From the NCBI RefSeq assembly GCF_964204645.1, contig NC_134029.1, positions 2,542,001-2,606,000 of the forward strand: 64,000 bases of DNA. The letters run 5' to 3'. A model generated the notes under the pieces. It saw only the letters and a program-made list of their open reading frames with translations. It did no database searches and had not been told where the DNA came from. Within the stretch, counting starts at the first letter, position 1. Every line of letters starts with the position of its first letter. Origin of the DNA: Tubulanus polymorphus (lineage: Eukaryota; Animalia; Nemertea). Shown here one piece after another: positions 60,596-64,000 of the stretch. The position numbers and the translations under genes were made by a program.

Positions 60596-60873
60596 GCTGT
60601 GAGAGAAGTGTCTGCGATCTACAATATAGATTAGACAATATTCATTTCATTGCCTCATTACAAGTTAGAATCAATCTAGAATATAATTTTCTCTGTTAGT
60701 AAATATTATGGAGACAAAAGTTAAAGAGAGCTTGAAACAGGGATCGAAGATAAGACGCGTATGAAAGTATAGGTGGCGCCATATTCCGGTGCGACAGAAA
60801 TCAATCAAAACAGCAACCTGTTTACACTTGAGTAAACATTTGAGTGTAGGATAGTAGGGAGGGAAGGAAAATC

Positions 60874-60991
60874 ATGGGTAAAATATCTCTGATATCAGTA
60901 GATATCGACAGACCTAACGGTGTTTATATAGCTGGTGAATATATTAATGGTACATTAACAGTAGATGTAGCTGAACCATTGAAAGTACGAG
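60874..60991 (+). CDS. Arrestin domain-containing protein (alpha-arrestin, ARRDC-like) exon 1
   Basis: MGKISLISVDIDRPNGVYIAGEYINGTLTVDVAEPLKVR matches the arrestin-N start (VY.AGE...G); CGA G|gttagt. Confidence 0.88.
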
Positions 60992-61236
60992 GTTAGTATC
61001 GAGTAAACTACTGTACTGGAATTATTACTGAGAGTAACAACATTACATTCCTTTTAAACAACATTTCTCGGTTGTGGGGAACGACAATAATTTTGGACTC
61101 TTTCAGTTGGTCTTACTCTTCTTAAACTTCAAATGTCTTGAATTTTCTCCTTCTTCACCTCTCATTCGACCTAATTGTTAGTGGTAAGCTTTTATAATCG
61201 GGTCGCTTCCCTGAAACTTAGTAACCTGTCTTTGGT

Positions 61237-61322
61237 TTAGTTTCGCGATCGGATATTTTCAAGCCCATCCGATTATAAAAAGCTTACCACCAACCATAAG
61301 GTAACTAACTACATGAAACTAA
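61237..61322 (+). mobile_element. Short TA-flanked MITE, copy 1
   Basis: TTAGTTTC...GAAACTAA termini; near-identical to the reverse complement of 61779-61857. Confidence 0.7.
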
Positions 61323-61778
61323 ACCGGGTTAAGTTTGCTAATGGTCATCCCCTCCTTACTGAATAGATAGCCGACAAGCTAATTTTATTGGTTATCCCTA
61401 CAGCGATGGGCTTATGAATGAATTAATCGACAGGTCTAGCCCTTAGTAACCTTAAGTCTGAATACCAGTCGTTGTTACTGGTTCCCTACGACCGGTTGTT
61501 TGTAGAACGACGGCTAGGTACTAGACTAAGTAACCTTTAGCAGTTTAGAAGAATCTACGAACCCACCTACGCATGCCTATATAATTACTAGATTCTAAAT
61601 AGCCTATAGATCCGCTTTTTTCTGAAGGTTTTGTGTTAGGCCTATTATTAAGACCAGCAGGTGCAAAATATCGTACATAGTTTTTGAGTGTATTTCATAT
61701 AATATGTCACTATTTGATGAATTCTTTTATTCATGTCAAGTGTATTAGTGTGTTCTCTCAAAGCAAACTTAACCTTGT

Positions 61779-61857
61779 TTAGTTTCACGTTACCTAATGG
61801 TTGGTGGTAAGCTTTTTATAATCGGATGGGCTTGAAAATATCCGATCGCGAAACTAA
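61779..61857 (-). mobile_element. Short TA-flanked MITE, copy 2 (inverted)
   Basis: About 69 bp with one mismatch against 61237-61305 on the opposite strand. Confidence 0.7.
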
Positions 61858-62149
61858 GTGTTCTCTATAGAAGTTGATATCGTGCCAGTGTGGCATTATT
61901 CTTGTAGGCCTAAACGTTATTTTGCTGCCCTCTAGGACTATATATAAGATAGAATACTGATATCTGTTTATGTACTGATAAAAATGACGATGAAATTAGA
62001 ATTTTTAGGAATCAGTGAAATATTCTCAATTTTCTCATAGAATTTCAGGGCAACTTGAAATTTTAAATCTGCACGCACCAGTGTTGTATCTTAAACATGG
62101 AATTTTTCTGGTATAATGATCAGATTAATGATTTGTTATTATTTTCTAG

Positions 62150-62284
62150 GTGTTCAGATCAAGTTCAAAGGGTTTGCTAAAGTCCATTGGACTGAACAGC
62201 ATGGTTCGGGTAAAAACAGACATACTGTTCACTACCACAATGAGGAGACTTATTTTAATGAAAAACGTGTCGTTCTCGGAAGAG
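62150..62284 (+). CDS. ARRDC-like exon 2
   Basis: GVQIKFKGFAKVHWTE...HYHNEETYF typical of arrestin-N; AGA G|gtaaga. Confidence 0.9.
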
Positions 62285-62289
62285 GTAAG

Positions 62290-63032
62290 AGAACCCTAGA
62301 ACCCTAGAATCATCAGATAGAACCTTAAAATCATCAGATCGAATCGTAGAACCCTATAATCATCAGAAAGATTGTAGAACCCTAGAATCATCAGATCGTC
62401 AGATAGAACCCTACAATTATCAGGAAGATTGTAGAATCCTAGAATCATCAGATCGTCAGATAGAACCCTATAATCATCAGAAAGATTGTAGAACCCTAGA
62501 ATCATCAGATCGTCAGATAGAACCCTAGAATCATCAGATCGAATCGTAGAACCCTATAATCATCAAAAAGATTGTAGAATCCTAGAATCATCAGATCGTC
62601 AGATAGAACCCTAGAATCATCAGATCGAATAGTAGAACCCTATAATCATCAAAAAGATTGTAGAACCCTATAATCATCAGAAAGATTGTAGAACCCTAGA
62701 ATCATCAGATCGAATCATAAACCCTATAATCATCAGATAGATTGTAGAACCCTAGAATCATCAGATCGTCAGATAGAACCCTAGAATCATCAGATCGAAT
62801 CGTAGAACCCTATAATCATCAGAAAGATTGGAGAACCCTAGTACCGTAGAATCATCAGATCGTCAGATAGAACCCTAGAATCATCAGATCGAATCGTAGA
62901 ACCCTATAATCATCAAAAAGATTGTAGAACCCTATAATCATCCAAAATATTGTAGAACCCTAGAATCATCAGAAAGATTGTAGAACCCTAGAATCATCAG
63001 ATAGAACCCCAGAATCATCAGATAGAACCTAG
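62290..63032. repeat. Compound minisatellite filling most of ARRDC intron 2
   Basis: Core TAGAACCCTA(G/T)AATCATCAGA alternating with short variable linkers (TCGTCAGA, TCGAATCG, AAGATTG), period about 28-29 bp. Confidence 0.93.
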
Positions 63033-63139
63033 AGACAGAACTATAAGAGATTGAAATGCAGGAAGAATATTCAATACAGAGATCGAGAGTTTATATCAAT
63101 GGTCAGACCGGTATTCAAAAAATATCATCTTCTTTTCAG

Positions 63140-63366
63140 GAACGAAAGAATCAGGAGAAGACACAGTGATGACGCCGCAGAGATACCAGTTTCCATTTCA
63201 GTTCGTTATTCCTCATCATATCCCATCTTCATTTGAAGGAGTTCACGGTCGAGTGAGGTATCATATTAAAGGCAAGGTCGACATACCGATGGCATTTGAT
63301 AAAGAATTTCAGCGACCGTTTACTATTATCGCTAATGTTGACTTGAATCAAATGCCTACTGCTCGT
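63140..63366 (+). CDS. ARRDC-like exon 3
   Basis: FPFQFVIPHHIPSSFEGVHGRVRY signature; CGT|gtaagt. Confidence 0.92.
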
Positions 63367-63759
63367 GTAAGTAAAGCCTTCTTCATCTCGTGGGAGAATT
63401 CAATATCAAATTGCTATTATTTTAGCGCTTGACAACCATTATATCTATTGAATTAGTAGTGTCAATTCTTTTTATAACGGTACCTTCGGGAACTTTCAAA
63501 AACACTTCTTAATGTATGTGCTGCGATTGCCTGCGTTCTCTGCGGTGCTGATAGATGTTGTCTATGAGCGAGACAGCAAGTGAATTCCGGGGCAATGCAA
63601 ACAATAAAGGGTCAGCATTACATGAATTTCACTTAAAGATTTTTTTCATTCTGGTATTTATTTATTGTTCAAATTATTTTTTCAGAGGCTTTTTATATTC
63701 TCGAATACCGTTTACGTTAGTTTACCTAAAAATTTGATCATTTGTTTATTTGTTTCTAG

Positions 63760-63942
63760 CAAGCGCTACAAAATGAAGACCAGAAAACTTTATGTTGTTG
63801 TTGCTGCGAATCGGGTCCGATCAGCGCCGTGATCCGTGTCGATAAAACGGGATACGTTCCCGGTGAAGGCATCAGAATCAGCGGAGAAATTACGAACAAC
63901 AGCAACAACAAAATGGATTCGTCGAAAGTAGTCATCGATCAG
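63760..63942 (+). CDS. ARRDC-like exon 4 (gene continues beyond window)
   Basis: KTLCCCCCESGPI...GYVPGE...I.NNS arrestin-C start; CAG|gtcaga. Confidence 0.9.
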
Positions 63943-64000
63943 GTCAGAAAATAGAATATAGGCTAGTTTCTCTTTTGAATTCAATGAAAAGTGGCTTGGC

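Noticed and set aside
60502-60699. 65-aa plus-strand ORF
   Set aside because: Antisense reading of the tRNA-Pro gene.
62296-62505. Repetitive minus-strand ORF and repeat-spacer appearance
   Set aside because: Linkers recur rather than being unique, so a satellite and not CRISPR; the AACCCT core is not a true TTAGGG array.

Overview
Eukaryotic (invertebrate-type, AT-rich intron) genomic DNA. Most of the window is one complete + strand gene for a giant Fat-family atypical cadherin of the FAT1/2/3 (Drosophila kugelei/Fat-like) class. I could chain 31 coding exons with consistent splice phases from ATG 5320 to TGA 58100 (14,094 nt, about 4,697 aa): signal peptide, long cadherin-repeat array, furin site, EGF, laminin-G, EGFs, TM helix and a cytoplasmic tail ending in a PDZ-type motif (HSQV). 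Downstream are an intact tRNA-Pro(TGG) gene on the - strand (60524-60595) and, divergent from it, the first four coding exons of an arrestin-domain (alpha-arrestin/ARRDC-like) gene that runs off the window. Introns hold minisatellites, several MITE-like elements and tRNA-like repeat fragments. The most interesting signal is a set of candidate frame-preserving microexons that the ORF track does not call as exons (21, 30, 39, 66, 27 and 24 nt), several with AG-exclusion zones, UGC or Rbfox motifs, plus candidate alternative terminal exons. All alternative-exon calls are read by eye from the sequence and need RNA-seq.
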